Positions 33,971 through 47,154 of a DNA stretch of 64,000 nucleotides are shown here, piece by piece. Position 1 is the stretch's first letter. Every line of letters starts with the position of its first letter. Position numbers and translations under genes: made by a program. The notes below the pieces were generated by a model. The model saw only the letters and a program-made list of their open reading frames with translations, was not told the DNA's origin and did no database searches. The stretch lies in the NCBI GenBank assembly GCA_950097015.1, contig CATNEN010000002.1, forward strand, positions 6,386,001 to 6,450,000. The letters run 5' to 3'. This stretch comes from Macrostomum hystrix. Taxonomy: Eukaryota > Animalia > Platyhelminthes.

Positions 33971-34459
33971 TAATAGAAAATTTGTAATTCTGAAAATTTT
34001 TTATCTGCCATTTATCTTCTTCTAAATAAGGCCAAAAAGCGATGCGTCTCTCGTCGCACAAAAATCTGATTTGAAAAAACCAATGTTAAAGTTTCTTTTA
34101 AACCGCAGTCTAGATATGAGTCGTGAAAAACTCTTCCCCTGGGGATCTGCTTGCTGGTCGGAATTGTGAGCCATCTTGGGGATAACAGTGTGGCATTCAG
34201 TGAGGATCTGAGAGCTGCCATCAGCTCAATGTCCAGCGCACAATGAACGTTTTTTATGTTAGGCCACCATGAGATGTCATCGCTTCCTGATCTTGGATTT
34301 CTTGGAAACTTTTCTGGGATTTAAATTTGCACATACGGCAACATGATCTAATGATAAGACTGCCGCTGAAATGCCCGCTTTGTGCGGGGTGCGAAAAACC
34401 AGAACCTCAGGCTGGGGAACTGAAGCTACAGGGTCCTACTTTCATAGTCTTGCAGACCC

Positions 34460-35517
34460 GCTGAAGCTTCAGGATCTCAGGTGCAGGGTCTAGCAGTCCC
34501 AATGAAGCTTCAGGATATCAGGTGTAGGGTCTAGCAGTCCCAATGAAGCTTCAGAATCTCAGGTGGAGGGTCTAGCAGTCCCGCTGAAGCTTCAGGATCT
34601 CAGGTGGAGGATCTAGCAGTCCCGCTGAAGCTTCAGGATCTCAGGTGGAGGGTCGAGCAGTCCCAATGAAGCTTCAGAATCTCAAGTGGAGGATCTAGCA
34701 GTCCCGCTGAAGCTTCAGGATCTCAGGTGCAGGGTCTAGCAGTCCCAATGAAGCTTCAGGATCTCAGGTGGAGGGTCGAGCAGTCCCAATGAAGCTTCAG
34801 AATCTCAAGTGGAGGATCTAGCAGTCCCGCTGAAGCTTCAGGATCTCAGGTGCAGGGTCTAGCAGTCCCAATGAAGCTTCAGGATATCAGGTGTAGGGTC
34901 TAGCAGTCCCAATGAAGCTTCAGAATCTCAGGTGGAGGGTCTAGCAGTCCCGCTGAAGCTTCAGGATCTCAGGTGGAGGATCTAGCAGTCCCGCTGAAGC
35001 TTCAGGATCTCAGGTGGAGGGTCGAGCAGTCCCAATGAAGCTTCAGAATCTCAAGTGGAGGATCTAGCAGTCCCGCTGAAGCTTCAGGATCTCAGGTGGA
35101 GGGTCGAGCAGTCCCAATGAAGCTTCAGAATCTCAGGTGGAGGGTCGAGCAGTCCCGCTGAAGCTTCAGAATCTCAGGTGGAGGGTCTAGCAGTCCCGCT
35201 GAAGCTTCAGGATCTCAGGTGGAGGATCTAGCAGTCCCGCTGAAGCTTCAGGATCTCAGGTGGAGGGTCGAGCAGTCCCAATGAAGCTTCAGAATCTCAG
35301 GTGGAGGGTCGAGCAGTCCCAATGAAGCTTCAGAATCTCAGGTGGAGGGTCGAGCAGTCCCGCTGAAGCTTCAGTATCTCAGGTGGAGGGTCGAGCAGTC
35401 CCGCTGAAGCTTCAGTATCTCAGGTGCAGGGTCGAGCAGTCCCGCTGAAGCTTCAGAATCTCAGGTGCAGGGTCGAGCAGTCCCGCTGAAGCTTCAGTAT
35501 CTCAGGTGCAGGGTCGA
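34460..35517. repeat. 41-bp minisatellite (GAAGCTTCAGGATCTCAGGTGGAGGGTCTAGCAGTCCCGCT)n, about 26 copies
   Basis: Period 41 (TGAAGCTT at 34503 and 34544); no unique spacers. Confidence 0.96.
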
Positions 35518-37294
35518 GGCTCCAGAGATTATCATTAATTTACAGGGGGCAAAAGTAAAAAAAAACAAAATTACAAAAACGCGAAAAATTTTGTCAACGT
35601 GAGTTATTACAATTTCTTTGCTATCCTTGTATTCTAAAATCAGTTTTTATAAATTTATTACGCAAGACAATCTAAAATGGTTACAACCTTTGGCAGTCCG
35701 TAATTAATAAAAGTTAAGCCAGTTCATTCTCGCAGTCTTTGTTCTACTTAACTAAACTTTTTTTCTTCTAAAAAGAAACTTATTGCGACACGGTCAAAGA
35801 ACGAGGCCAGCCTGAAGATATAAAAAATTTGCTCAGAAGAATTAGGCACAATGAGACTTGCTGTTTTTTAGCAACTTCTCACGAAGAAGCAGTGAAACAT
35901 CGTGAGGGTTGTAAATAGAACGCGGCATGTGACCCGGGTATGTTTTGGCAGAAATCTTCAACACATTTGGGGTCCGGGTTCGTCGATGTAACAATGCTAC
36001 TAACTTTTGTAGGAAGAACGTAGGAATCGAGTTATGTACATTCATTAATGGTTTGCTAAATTTGTCGTTCTGTTGTTTTGTTTTTGTGTGTTTGTAAAGC
36101 GAAATTAAAAACTAAATTTTAACTGATTTGAACCGAAAATACGCTAATAAAACTCCTAACAAGGTTTTGTTTAAAATTTGCATTCGAAATTAAAACCAAA
36201 TTCTTGCATTGTGCAGCCTTTGCGTGATGCTCGGTAGATTGTCTATGGCCGAAACCGTATTCCTTTTAAATAAGCGAAAGCAATGTTCTGGATGAGATAG
36301 CTATTGTGTTATTGTGTGAGATGAGACAGTCCTTTCAATTTATCAGTCTTTGGAAGCAATTAATTTATTCCCACATTTTTTGTCAAAATGCCAATGCAAT
36401 ATCTGGAAGCCCTCACGTCAGTGAACCGGCTGTTCCACAAATCTGTCCAAATTATCATTATTGATGGAAATACAAGCATTTCCTCACTCCTATGGGGATA
36501 ATATTGTTCCGCCTGGCATTAGCTCCCAACTCAAAGATCAGGTAGATTAGACTGTGATTCATAGCACTAGTTCCCATATTTATAAATATGAGGATATAGA
36601 TCCCATTATCTGCTGGCTGGCCAGGTTTTGACTTTCAAGTCATAGGGCGGAGGTTGGGGTGGCTGTCAGCCTAGGGGGCAAGTGATAAATTTGGGTCTTT
36701 GTATTTTTTAACGGCCGTCGGAAATGCGGAGCAGACAATGGCTTAGAAGGATATTTATCACTCGTCTGCCAAGGGAAACCACCTGGTACTCGGTGGAGAT
36801 TCAGCAAAAAATAGCGACTGGAATCTTCTGCCTGCGAAATCTCCCAGAAATTGTTGCATAACAAAAAACAGCAGCAAAACTGACAGACAACAAAATGATC
36901 AAGGAATTTGTTAGTACGCGAGGAATTGTCAAACTGCCAGAAATAATCCCAGCATTTTTTACCCTGTTCAAATCAATGATTTACTGTAGGCAATATGAGG
37001 GATTCTTGTGGATTAAGCGTATCTCACCCAGCTGCTGTATCTTTGTCAAGAGAAATAGCTGAGCAATCTAAGTTTTCCAACCAGCTGTCACACTTATTCT
37101 TTTGTCTTATCTTTCGCGGCTGCCTCCCAATATCCCATATACAAAAGAGATAATCTAGAGTGTCTAGAAAGATTTTTTTAAACAAACTGAGATTGATCGT
37201 ACAGCTAAGTTTTATAACTATTGTGCCAGTTGATTAACGATATAGATCTTGAAAATGGGCGTTAAAATTGTCGAATGCACAAATGGAACATCGA

Positions 37295-37980
37295 AGCTAG
37301 ATTATCGACATTTGAAATCAGATTATCGACATTTGAAATCCATTTATCGAGATTAGAAACCGGATTATCGAAATTCGAAATCGGATTATCGAAATTAGAA
37401 ATCGGATTATCGAAATTCGAAATCGGATTATCGAAATTAGAAATCGGATTATCGAAATTCGAAATCGGATTATCGAAATTCGAAATCGGATTATCTAGAT
37501 TGGATATCGGATTATCGAGGTTTGAAATCGGATTATCGAGGTTAGGAATCGGATTATCTAGATTGGATATCGGATTATCGAGGTTTGAAATCGGATTATC
37601 GAGGTTAGGAATCGGATTATATAGATTGGATATCGGATTATCGTAATTGGAAATCGTATTATGAAGATTTTAAATCAGATTATCGAGATTTGAAATCAGG
37701 TTATCGAGATTAGAAATGAGATTATGGAGGTTAGGAATCGGATTATCGAGGTTAGGAATCGGATTATCGAAGTTTAGGTATCGGATTCTTGATATTTTAA
37801 ATCGGATTATCGAGGTTTGAAATCGGATTATCGAGGTTAGGAATCGGATTATCTAGATTGGAAATCGGATTATCGAGATTGGAAATCGGATTATCGATAT
37901 TGGAAATCCGATTATTGAGGTTAGGAATCGGATTATCGAAATTTTAAATCAGATTATCAAGATTTGAAATATAATTATCG
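37295..37980. repeat. Degenerate 21-bp repeat (GAAATCGGATTATCGAGRTTW)n
   Basis: Read directly. Confidence 0.92.
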
Positions 37981-38459
37981 AGAGATCACTTATATTGAAC
38001 TATTAAACTCACCTCACCTGAAGATATTCAAGACTCGTTTAAAAGCTGAGAAGTTGAATTGTTGAGTTGCAGGTAAAATTAATCAGCTGAACACCGCCGA
38101 CTCCTCTGCAATCAAGTGTGCCCTGTCTCACAGCCAGCAGATCAGAGGCATTGCCAGTCACCAGCCTGAAATCAGCAGTTGTTCTACGCAGAAAGCCAGC
38201 CGCCTGGTTACAGATTCTGAGGATGATGAGGCAAAAACAGAGGTAATAAATCGACTTGCAAGTCCTCCGCTTTTGCACTGCCGCTCTCAGAGGTGCCCGG
38301 GAAATCCTAAGAGAGCTTTTTGTCTGGCCACGTGCGGCAACCCCGCTCGCTATTGGCTGGGGCGCGCAGCCAATGAGAGCGAAGCATTAACCCCCAGAGT
38401 GAAAGATTTCGAGGCGCCCTGGATTGCTGTTCGTGCCTTTCTGGTTTTCCTATGAGTCA

Positions 38460-38745
38460 GACTCCAACCCGTGCACTGCTCAATGCTCAGCGCATCTCCG
38501 CCTCTATAAGTGTCTCAATAGCGCGGCGCTTCTAAAAGCAGCGTACCGCATTCCAGTCCGTGGACTGGGGGCAAGCCGCCCATACACCACCCACCAAAAG
38601 TTCTACCCCCCAGCTAATGCTGGCAACCGTTGTCAGCAGTGGGAAAATTAAGTGTCTTGCTCAAGAACGCAAACTGCTTCCCTTCGATGAGAATCGAACT
38701 CCGGACCTCTCGATCAGAAGTCCGAAGCTCTAACCACTCGGCTAC
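38460..38745 (-). mobile_element. tRNA-derived SINE-like element
   Basis: The minus strand has Pol III A box TAGCCGAGTGG (38744-38734) and B box GTTCGATTC (38699-38691) at tRNA spacing, but the anticodon, T and acceptor stems do not pair. They are followed by CTTGAGCAAGACACTTAA (38665-38648), which resembles the segment after the tRNA head in CORE/V-type SINEs. The 3' end is approximate. Confidence 0.7.
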
Positions 38746-38751
38746 TAATCT

Positions 38752-38935
38752 CTCTATCTACCGCTCTACCTACCTAACTACCTCTCTATCTACTTATTTA
38801 CCTACCTCACTATCTACCTCTCTATCTACTTCTCTATCTACCTCTCTATCTACTTCTCTATCTACCTCTCTATCTACCTCTCTATCTACCTCTCCATCTA
38901 CCTCTCTATCTACCTCTCTATCGCCCTTCTAACTA
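38752..38935. repeat. 12-bp repeat (CTACCTCTCTAT)n abutting the SINE head
   Basis: Read directly. Confidence 0.88.
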
Positions 38936-39372
38936 CCTTACAATATGCCTGTTTAGAAGGGATAAATACGAGCTAGATTAAAATCATTTTTTCAATACTT
39001 AAAATACGAAGAAAAATCGTGTGTTTCTCTGTAAAAATATATTTATAAAAAATCAATTTGCATTGACAGTTTAATTTTCAAATCCCAATAGAAATAATTG
39101 CTGTTAAAAAAGCAACAATGAAACAACCGCTCAAAAGCCCGCATGCGATTCGACTGCTCAAATGCGAGAACAATGGACCCAGAGGCGCAGTCAGGCGTAT
39201 CGCTGATCAATCTGGAAGTGCTCAAATTTTCACTGCCACACTGCATGGCACTGACACGGTTTTCGGGGGGATTTTTTGTCTCTATGAGGATCTGAGTTTT
39301 CGGGGATTTGCAGCTCGGCGTTCGATTCGCACTGCTGAAATTCAATGACTAATGGAGTGGGGAAACTGGCTT

Positions 39373-39403
<31 letters not shown>

Positions 39404-39594
39404 GGAATACTGAATTGTACCCGCATTTCATGAAGGAACTATGGCTGGTGTTGATGATGCGGAGAATGGGGATCGGATTGGGGAATTCTAGCGGAGATGC
39501 GATGCAGGGAAATAGGCAGAGAGGAGATAGGACATTGCAGATTGGGAGACAGCAGATGGATAAAGGAGAGCATAGGAAAATGGGACTAGAAGAG

Positions 39595-39775
39595 GAACAG
39601 GTGGGTAGACAGCTAGAATAGATGGGTAGACAGCCAGAATAGATGGGTAGACAGCTAGTATAGATGGGTAGACAGCTAGTATAGATGGGTAGACAGCTAG
39701 TATAGATGGGTAGACAGCTAGTATAGATGGGTAGACAGCTAGTATAGATGGGTAGACAGCTAGTATAGATGTATA
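39595..39775. repeat. 21-bp repeat (TAGATGGGTAGACAGCTAGTA)n
   Basis: Read directly. Confidence 0.92.
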
Positions 39776-40204
39776 CAAACTAGTTTAAGAAATGGCCAGC
39801 CAAATCACGGTTCAAATGTCGAACAGACCGAAAGGCCTTGAATAGAAGTGCACTAAACAGGTAGGCAATACTCCGGCTCGATCAATTAGTGAATTTGCGC
39901 ATTCAGCAGCCATCGAAGGCTCACGCTAAAAGATGTGAGACGCAATGCATCAGATTCTAAGCAATCCAGGCCACAGCAGGTGCTTTTGTCTGCTTTCCAG
40001 GCCTCAGGACAGAAGTCAAGCGACACAAAAGCCAGCCAAAAGCTTTTATTTTGTTGGGATCGAAACTGCGCAGCAACCAGAACGACAGAGAACACTGCAC
40101 GCTTGTAGATGTACCATCGTCCGGAGGATTTGCTGAGGATCTAGAACCTGCTACGGCTGCCAATATGCGTGAAAATGCGTTCGACCCGAATGGAATACAC
40201 CACT

Positions 40205-40585
40205 CACCTCTCTCTCACTGATCTACTCTCCCTACCCTCCTTTGTCTACTCTCCCTACCCTCTCTTATCTACTCTCCCTACCCTCTCTCCTCTTATCTAC
40301 TCTCCCTATCCTTTCTTATATTCTATCTCTCCCCTCTCTTATCTACTATCCCTACCCTCTATTATCTACTATCCCTACCCTCTCCTATCTACTCTCCCTA
40401 CCCTCTATTATCTACTCTCCCTCCCCTCTCTAATCTACTCTCCCTCCCCTCTCCTATCTACTCTCCCTCCCCTCTCTAATCTACTCTCCCTCCCCTCTCC
40501 TATCTACTCTCCCTACCCTCTCTTATCTACTCTCCCTACCCTCATTTGTCTACTCTCCCTACCCTCTCTTATCTCCCCCTCCCTT
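40205..40585. repeat. Degenerate 23-bp CT-rich repeat (CTACTCTCCCTACCCTCTCTTAT)n
   Basis: Read directly; related to the 28208-29125 array. Confidence 0.9.
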
Positions 40586-42539
40586 CTTTCATCTTCTCCC
40601 GCCGAAAAGTAAAAAATTGTGCTTCTAATTTCTCCATCTAAATATTTGAATCTCCCTAACACACAGTTCTTAAAGTATCCCATAAAAAGTGCATCCATGT
40701 CAGCGGAGAAACAGTTTTGTCCATAAATGCAGCTATAAAACTATTACGAGCTTAAGAAATTGGGCAGTTTACAAAGAAACACTTCAGGAGTTGAATGCTT
40801 TTGCCAACTGAATTGCCATCTATATGGCCAGTCACTTTGTTGGACCCCAACAAAGGCTCCAAGAAAGTGTCCCGACTACTTTTCAACGCAAAGTTTAGTA
40901 AGCTTAAAGAAAGATTCATAGTGTTTCAGATAAGTTTCAAGATAGATTTCAGTGCTGTTTGCTTATGTTTGGATTGGTACTAGAAGGTTTTGTTTCGGAT
41001 AAACACAATTTGGCCACCTAGTTGCGATATTGGTAAACGCAATCCGGTCTCTAGGCTTAGCAAATGATACATCAGTTGATAATAGTTTCAAAGGAAATTG
41101 TTTGCTGGTGAATATCAGAGCTGACATTTTAGTGATTCGCCTCTTTATAAGGCCTAGCTAGATAGTAGAAAATGCGGCTTAACTCCTGACACAGGTTTTA
41201 GAAGAATTTGAGGAAATATATAGGATATGAGAGGGAGACAGGGATAGAGAGGGAAGGAGAGGATGTGAGAGGATGAGAGGGATTTAGGGGAGAGAAAATG
41301 AGATGGATAGGGGAGAGGGGATGTGAGGGATAGGGAGATTCAATGGTGGGAAGTATTGAGAGGTTGTCACTGACGGGTAGAAGGATAGTGTGAGCGAAAT
41401 CAGTAAAAACAGGAGCATAAATAGCCCGCCTAGTTTTTAAAATTTCAAATTCGGTGGCATAACTAATAAATAATGAACGGTCAAACTCGCACTATGCTGG
41501 CATGTCGAATGGGTTCTGGTATTCACCTCAGTGCTGCACTATGGACCCCACAAAGTGGGACATGAAGCATAATTATTCGAAGAAGATTTAGAATCCCTTG
41601 CTAATGAGGTGGACAAAGTTAGCGATTTCGTGTGTGACTGATGACCCTGTTTTGGGAAATTTCGCATGGGAAATCTGAGCGATGGGATCTTTTAAAAAAA
41701 AATCCTCGCCCTCTTTGTCGCTCCCAAGTTTTCCATCTTTCAATTTTCTGTGACCCTGCTTTGAGCGATCACCATGGAAACATCAACTGTAGCATCGAGT
41801 TTCGATTTGATCCAATTCAAAGATGATCCCACTATAGCAGCCTGGGATTCGGGTTTTGTGTCCATCAGTTGAGTTGTCACTCACAGTTTGTAACGGGAGA
41901 CGCATTTGTCTTCATGATCGTGTTGTTTCATTTGGCTGCCACCTTGCGTTTCACCTGGTTGCCCCCCAGACAAGAAATGCTGTCTGCCTGCCTGCCTGGG
42001 ACTGCAGGCGTCCAATTCATCACAACACGACCGAGTTGGACCAGGTTCGTGCCGCGGATTGATAGCTTAGACTTGAAAAGAGAACGGATGCCCCAGTCAC
42101 CCTGACAATCCTGTTCTTGTTGCAGCAGGTTTTTGTGTCTGTTCGAAGCGTTTGGAATTCGTGCAATCAGCGATATTATGACACACCTGATTTTTAATGG
42201 AAATCAACGTGGATGTTCACCTGATAAAACTTTCTGACAAGTTAATTAATGCATTCTCCGTCTTTGGAATGGGCGGATTGCACGGGTCAACTCTCTCTTA
42301 ATCCTCGATAGATTTATAGTTGGGATATTTTTATTGGTGTTAGAGTCGGAGGATGACGCGAAGGTTGGTAATAAACTGCAAATGAATGCATCAGTTGGGG
42401 GGCACCTGATTAGACAAGTGACAGATAAGGGATGAAGATGGAGAGAACAAAGACTTTGGATAGTTTATTGGAAGGTAAAAAGCTGCATTATTAGGACTGA
42501 CTAAACTCAGGATTGATTAGCTATCAAACAGAGAGAGAA

Positions 42540-43240
42540 TCGTGAGATATCAGGGAGATAGATGTAAGATATCAGATATCAGACGTGAGATATCAGAGAG
42601 ACGTGAGATATCAGAGAGAGAGAAGTGAGATATCAGAGAGAGAGAAGTGAGATATCAGAGAGAGAGACGTGAGATATCAGAGAGACGTGAGATATCAGAG
42701 AGAGACGTGAGATGTCAGAGAGACGTGAGATATCAGAGAGACGTGAGATGTCAGAGAGAGAGAGACGTGAGATATCAGAGAGACGTGAGATATTAGAGAG
42801 AGACGTGAGATGTCAGAGAGACGTGAGATATCAGAGAGACGTGAGATATCAGAGAGACGTGAGATGTCAGAGAGAGAGACGTGAGATATCAGAGAGAGAC
42901 GTGAGATGTCAGAGAGACGTGAGATATCAGAGAGACGTGAGATATCAGAGAGACGTGAGATGTCAGAGAGAGAGAGAGACGTGAGATATCAGAGAGACGT
43001 GAGATATTAGAGAGAGACGTGAGATGTCAGAGAGACGTGAGATATCAGAGAGACGTGAGATATCAGAGAGACGTGAGATGTCAGAGAGAGAGACTTGAGA
43101 TATCAGAGAGAGTGACGTGAGATGTCAGAGAGACGTGAGATATCAGAGAGAGACGTGAGATGTCAGAGAGACGTGAGATATCAGAGAGAGACGTGAGATG
43201 TCAGAGAGACGTGAGATGTCAGAGAGACGTGAGATATCAG
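42540..43240. repeat. 18-22-bp repeat (GAGAGACGTGAGATATCA)n with a variable AG run
   Basis: Read directly. Confidence 0.94.
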
Positions 43241-43734
43241 AAATGCAATATTTTTTCGTAAGTCATGTACAGGCGTGGTCTGATTTTCAAATGCCATCTT
43301 AAGAGCTGGAATTCTTAAAGCAGGACAAGATACACAAGATGTTTATCTAGATCGCTATCAAACATTAGTTATACCCCCGTTGATATATCTGCGTCAGGGA
43401 AACTGCCAAATGGATTGTAAGAAACTGAAAACACGGGTCATGATCAGACGTAACCTGTAGGGCGTGGCACCCGACCCGTGTTTTCAATTTGTTTTCTTTC
43501 TAAATAGAAATAGCAAAAGGCTGTCTTTTCTGCATTTTTAATTCACAAAAACATTATATGAAGGTCTCAAATCTCTGTTTTGAGCCATTCAAATTTTTGG
43601 GCAATCATTTGCGTGACCGGACTGACACAAGCTTCCTTGCTTTGATTTCAAAGCATGTTTAGAAGGCCATATGCCACTTTCACGGAAAGGGACCGTAACA
43701 ACAAATTGGGAGGCTGAGACTGAGAGGGTGAGAT

Positions 43735-43985
43735 TGAGAGCAGTCAGTGAGCAGTCAGTGAGCAGTCAGTGAGCAGTCAGTGAGCAGTCAGTGAGCAGTT
43801 AGTGAGCAGTCAGTGAGCAGTCAGTGAGCAGTCAGTGAGCAGTCAGTGAGCAGTCAGTGAGCAGTCAGTGAGCAGTCAGTGAGCAGTCAGTGAGCAGTCA
43901 GTGAGCAGTCAGTGAGCAGTCAGTGAGCAGTCAGTGAGCAGTCAGTGAGCAGGCAGTGAGCAGGCAGTGAGCAGGCAGTGAGTAG
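43735..43985. repeat. 11-bp repeat (GAGCAGTCAGT)n
   Basis: Read directly. Confidence 0.94.
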
Positions 43986-44944
43986 GTAGTCAGCTAGCTG
44001 GATGACGATCCAGCTACTCCATTTGAGTCCATCCACAGTGGGCTTCTGAGTGTCCAATTCGTCACGGTACCTCAGCAATCATCAGCAGCGGCCCCTATTA
44101 GATAAACTCGACTCATTCTCCACTTAGCAATGCCGAGCCATCTGTCCGCCACCCGCCCTCTGCCCATAGACTCATCCCCTGCTGACCCCAGCCCAGTGCA
44201 GGAAGTGACCGGCATAATTAGCCCCGCCTTCTCCCCACCCGTCGTGTCGAAAATATCGCACAAGTGGTCTCTTATTCATAAAAATTTGTCTCGCAGGAGC
44301 GCGCATCCGAGCGTGAGCTCACAGACTGTCGCCTCCGGGCTGCTCACCGACTGCTAGGCGAGGCCACTCAATACTCGCCATTCTGAGCACACGCTGTCAT
44401 CAGCTGCTGGATGCGTCTCTATCTCACAATGTCCAGTGTTATGCCAAGCTAAAAACAGCGGAGAGCCATCTGCTGCCTGCCAATGTTCGCCGCTTGCGCA
44501 ACCAAAGCCCGAGTCTGGACCGGCCGATGGGTAGAGCATCCCATAATCCGACTGGATCTTCTCGAGCTGATCTCGCTGTCAAGTGTGTCGGTAGGAAGTT
44601 TTGTCGCCGAAAGTAAAGCTTTAACTCCTTTGTTTTTGCGCGTTGAACGGAATGAGTCGAGTCTCTGTTTGACCACTCGCGGACTCTTTGTTACAGCTCT
44701 CTGCTTCTTCAACGCAAAGTTTTCAAGCATTGAACGCTATTGAAATTAATCAATCCACCATGGCGATTTTAATGAAGCAGTGGACAAATAGTTCTAGTGA
44801 CTGTCGTTCTCACCTTTTTTTATGAGTCTACCTACCCTTTCTACCTGTCTCTCTACCCTTTTTACTTGTCTAGCTACACTTTCTACGTTTCTATCTACTT
44901 TTCTAGTTCTCACACTAGAAAACTAGTGAGAGTTTCTGCTCTCA

Positions 44945-45125
44945 AATTAGTAGAGTTCTCACACCTGTGAGTCTCAAATTAGCAGAGTTCTCACACCTAT
45001 GAGTCTCAAATTAGCAGATTTCTCACACCTGTGAGTCTCAAATTAGCAGAGTTCTCACACCTATGAGTCTCAAATTAGCAGAGTTCTCACACCTGTGAGT
45101 CTCAAATTAGCAGAGTTCCCACACT
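44945..45125. repeat. 32-bp repeat (GAGTTCTCACACCTGTGAGTCTCAAATTAGCA)n, about 5 copies
   Basis: Read directly; a solo copy of the core lies at about 46250. Confidence 0.9.
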
Positions 45126-45739
45126 TGTTGTGTCATTCTAGTCTTTATTAGCATTCTGCCACTGTTTTCTACCTGTTTGTCTATCTAGTTTTATCTGCAC
45201 CGCATTTTCTGAGCAGAAACGCTTCAACAATAACATATTGGCCTCTGGGATCAGGGCCTAGATTGCCTGCCTACAGAGGAAGCATGTCAATTATGGTTCC
45301 GCTGAAAAGGCTGTCGGATTGTGAGTCGTGCTCAATTCCTTGATCCGATGGCCTGCGGTGATATGCCCCAGCGACTGTAGCGGCGAAGGTTTTTAATCCC
45401 TTAAAAATCGCTCCCATCAGATGGGATCTTAAAATGGGGATTTTTAGAGGGGCTCGTGATTCGAGTATCAATGTCATCTCGATGCCTCTCGGCAGCTGAA
45501 GAACTGATAAGGGTTTATCCTTGTTGCTAGGCGGATCTCCTGGGATGAAAGGGAAAATAATAGTCCTTTAAAATGTGAGAATGCGAGATCTATCCCAAAC
45601 ATGATACCTGTTTGAAATAATCCCTAGCAGAAGTTCTTGACATTGGAGACAAACCATTAGCTTCATCTTGGGATTAACTTCAAATTCAGAATTCGAATAG
45701 ACAAACGAGAGTTAGGGCATGACCTCAAGGATGTAGAAG

Positions 45740-46045
45740 TATACAAACCAATAGATCCAGAAGTACACAGCCCAATAGATCCAGAAGTACACAGCCCAAT
45801 AGATCCAGAAGTACACAGCCCAATAGATCCAGAAGTACACAGCCCAATAGATCCAGAAGTGCACAACCCAATAGATCCAGAAGTACACAGCCCAATAGAT
45901 CCAGAAGTTCACAACCCAATAGATCCAGAAGTACACAACCCAATAGATCCAGAAGTTCACAACCCAATAGATCCAGAAGTACACAGCCCAATAGATCCAG
46001 AAGTACACAGCCCAATAGATTCAGAAGTACACAACCCAATAGATC
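45740..46045. repeat. 24-bp repeat (CCCAATAGATCCAGAAGTACACAG)n
   Basis: Read directly. Confidence 0.93.
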
Positions 46046-47154
46046 AATTAATGTGTCAAGTGAGTTTCACAACTAGTGCAGGAAGACAATTCGATAGCTG
46101 CATATCGATTGAGTCTGTGATAGATATTCAGGGACAGTTAGGAATCGAGCTTAAATGGAGTAAATTGCAGGTTTAGTTGCTAACAGCCCACCCCCGGGTC
46201 AGGTTGAGAAGGACATTAATCGTTTATTGATGAAAGCCACCGTTCTGTTTCTCACACCTGTGAGTTCATGCGCGGGGAAGCAAATATTGATCCCAGATAT
46301 ACTGTTGCACTCCGCCGACTCAAAACCCTCCCTGCCTTCTGTCCTTTCGCACCTTCGGTTAAGACGGTCTCTTTAAAAAAAGCACGAGAACCGTCAACTT
46401 CGCGTTAACAACTTTTACGCAGAAATCCCGCTTCCTATTGCTGCTGCTGCTGCTGCTGGTGAATACTTGTCAGCATTCTCAACGAGCAGACGGATGAGTG
46501 CGAGAAAAGCGCCCCTGTCTGTTGCTGCTGCTGCTGCTGCTTCTATGTGTTCCGAATGCAAATATTGATCCAGAGAACTGTAACACATGGGCCAGGCAGA
46601 CACACACGCACACACACTCAGTGAGTGTGTTATGACAGCGGCCTGTTCTCCAGGTGGGCTTGTCGGCGCCGCTGCTGAGTGGGTGGGGCGTGTTGAGCCA
46701 ACACTTTCTTTAACTTTCCCTCTATTGAAATCTTTATAAAGAATGGGAACGCAGCATCCGCTAGTGGGGAGGGTTAGAATTTGAGGTCGGTGGCGACGGC
46801 CTCCGCTGTCCACGGACTGAACAGCTGTACACGACTTTTAGCTACTTACTGTACATCTGGCCCAACTAGGCTAATGTTATCAATCTTTCTATATATTGCG
46901 GTGATTAATCTTCCACTATAGATGGAAATGATACAATTTAGCAGTTTTAGAGTGCGTAAAAATTTAGAGCAAGATTTCATTTGAAAATTCTCTGATTAAT
47001 CTGATACATTAAGCATGAAAATGGTTTTCGTCTATTAAAGAGTGTCCGAATGCCGACGAAGGCGCTGGGGGGGAGGTTAAACTTTAAATATCTGTCTTCC
47101 GACTAAAAAATACTAGCTTAGAGAGTAAATTTTGCGTTCATTTAATAACCAGCA

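Noticed and set aside
34460-35517. CRISPR-like array (palindromic repeat with regular period)
   Set aside because: Units are contiguous with no unique spacers, there are no cas genes, and the context is eukaryotic.
38680-38745. Functional tRNA gene (TCT anticodon position)
   Set aside because: The anticodon and T stems mispair and there is no acceptor stem; treated as a SINE head.
46612-46630. 19-bp quasi-palindrome ACACACTCA-G-TGAGTGTGT
   Set aside because: It is largely explained by adjacent CA/TG dinucleotide runs.
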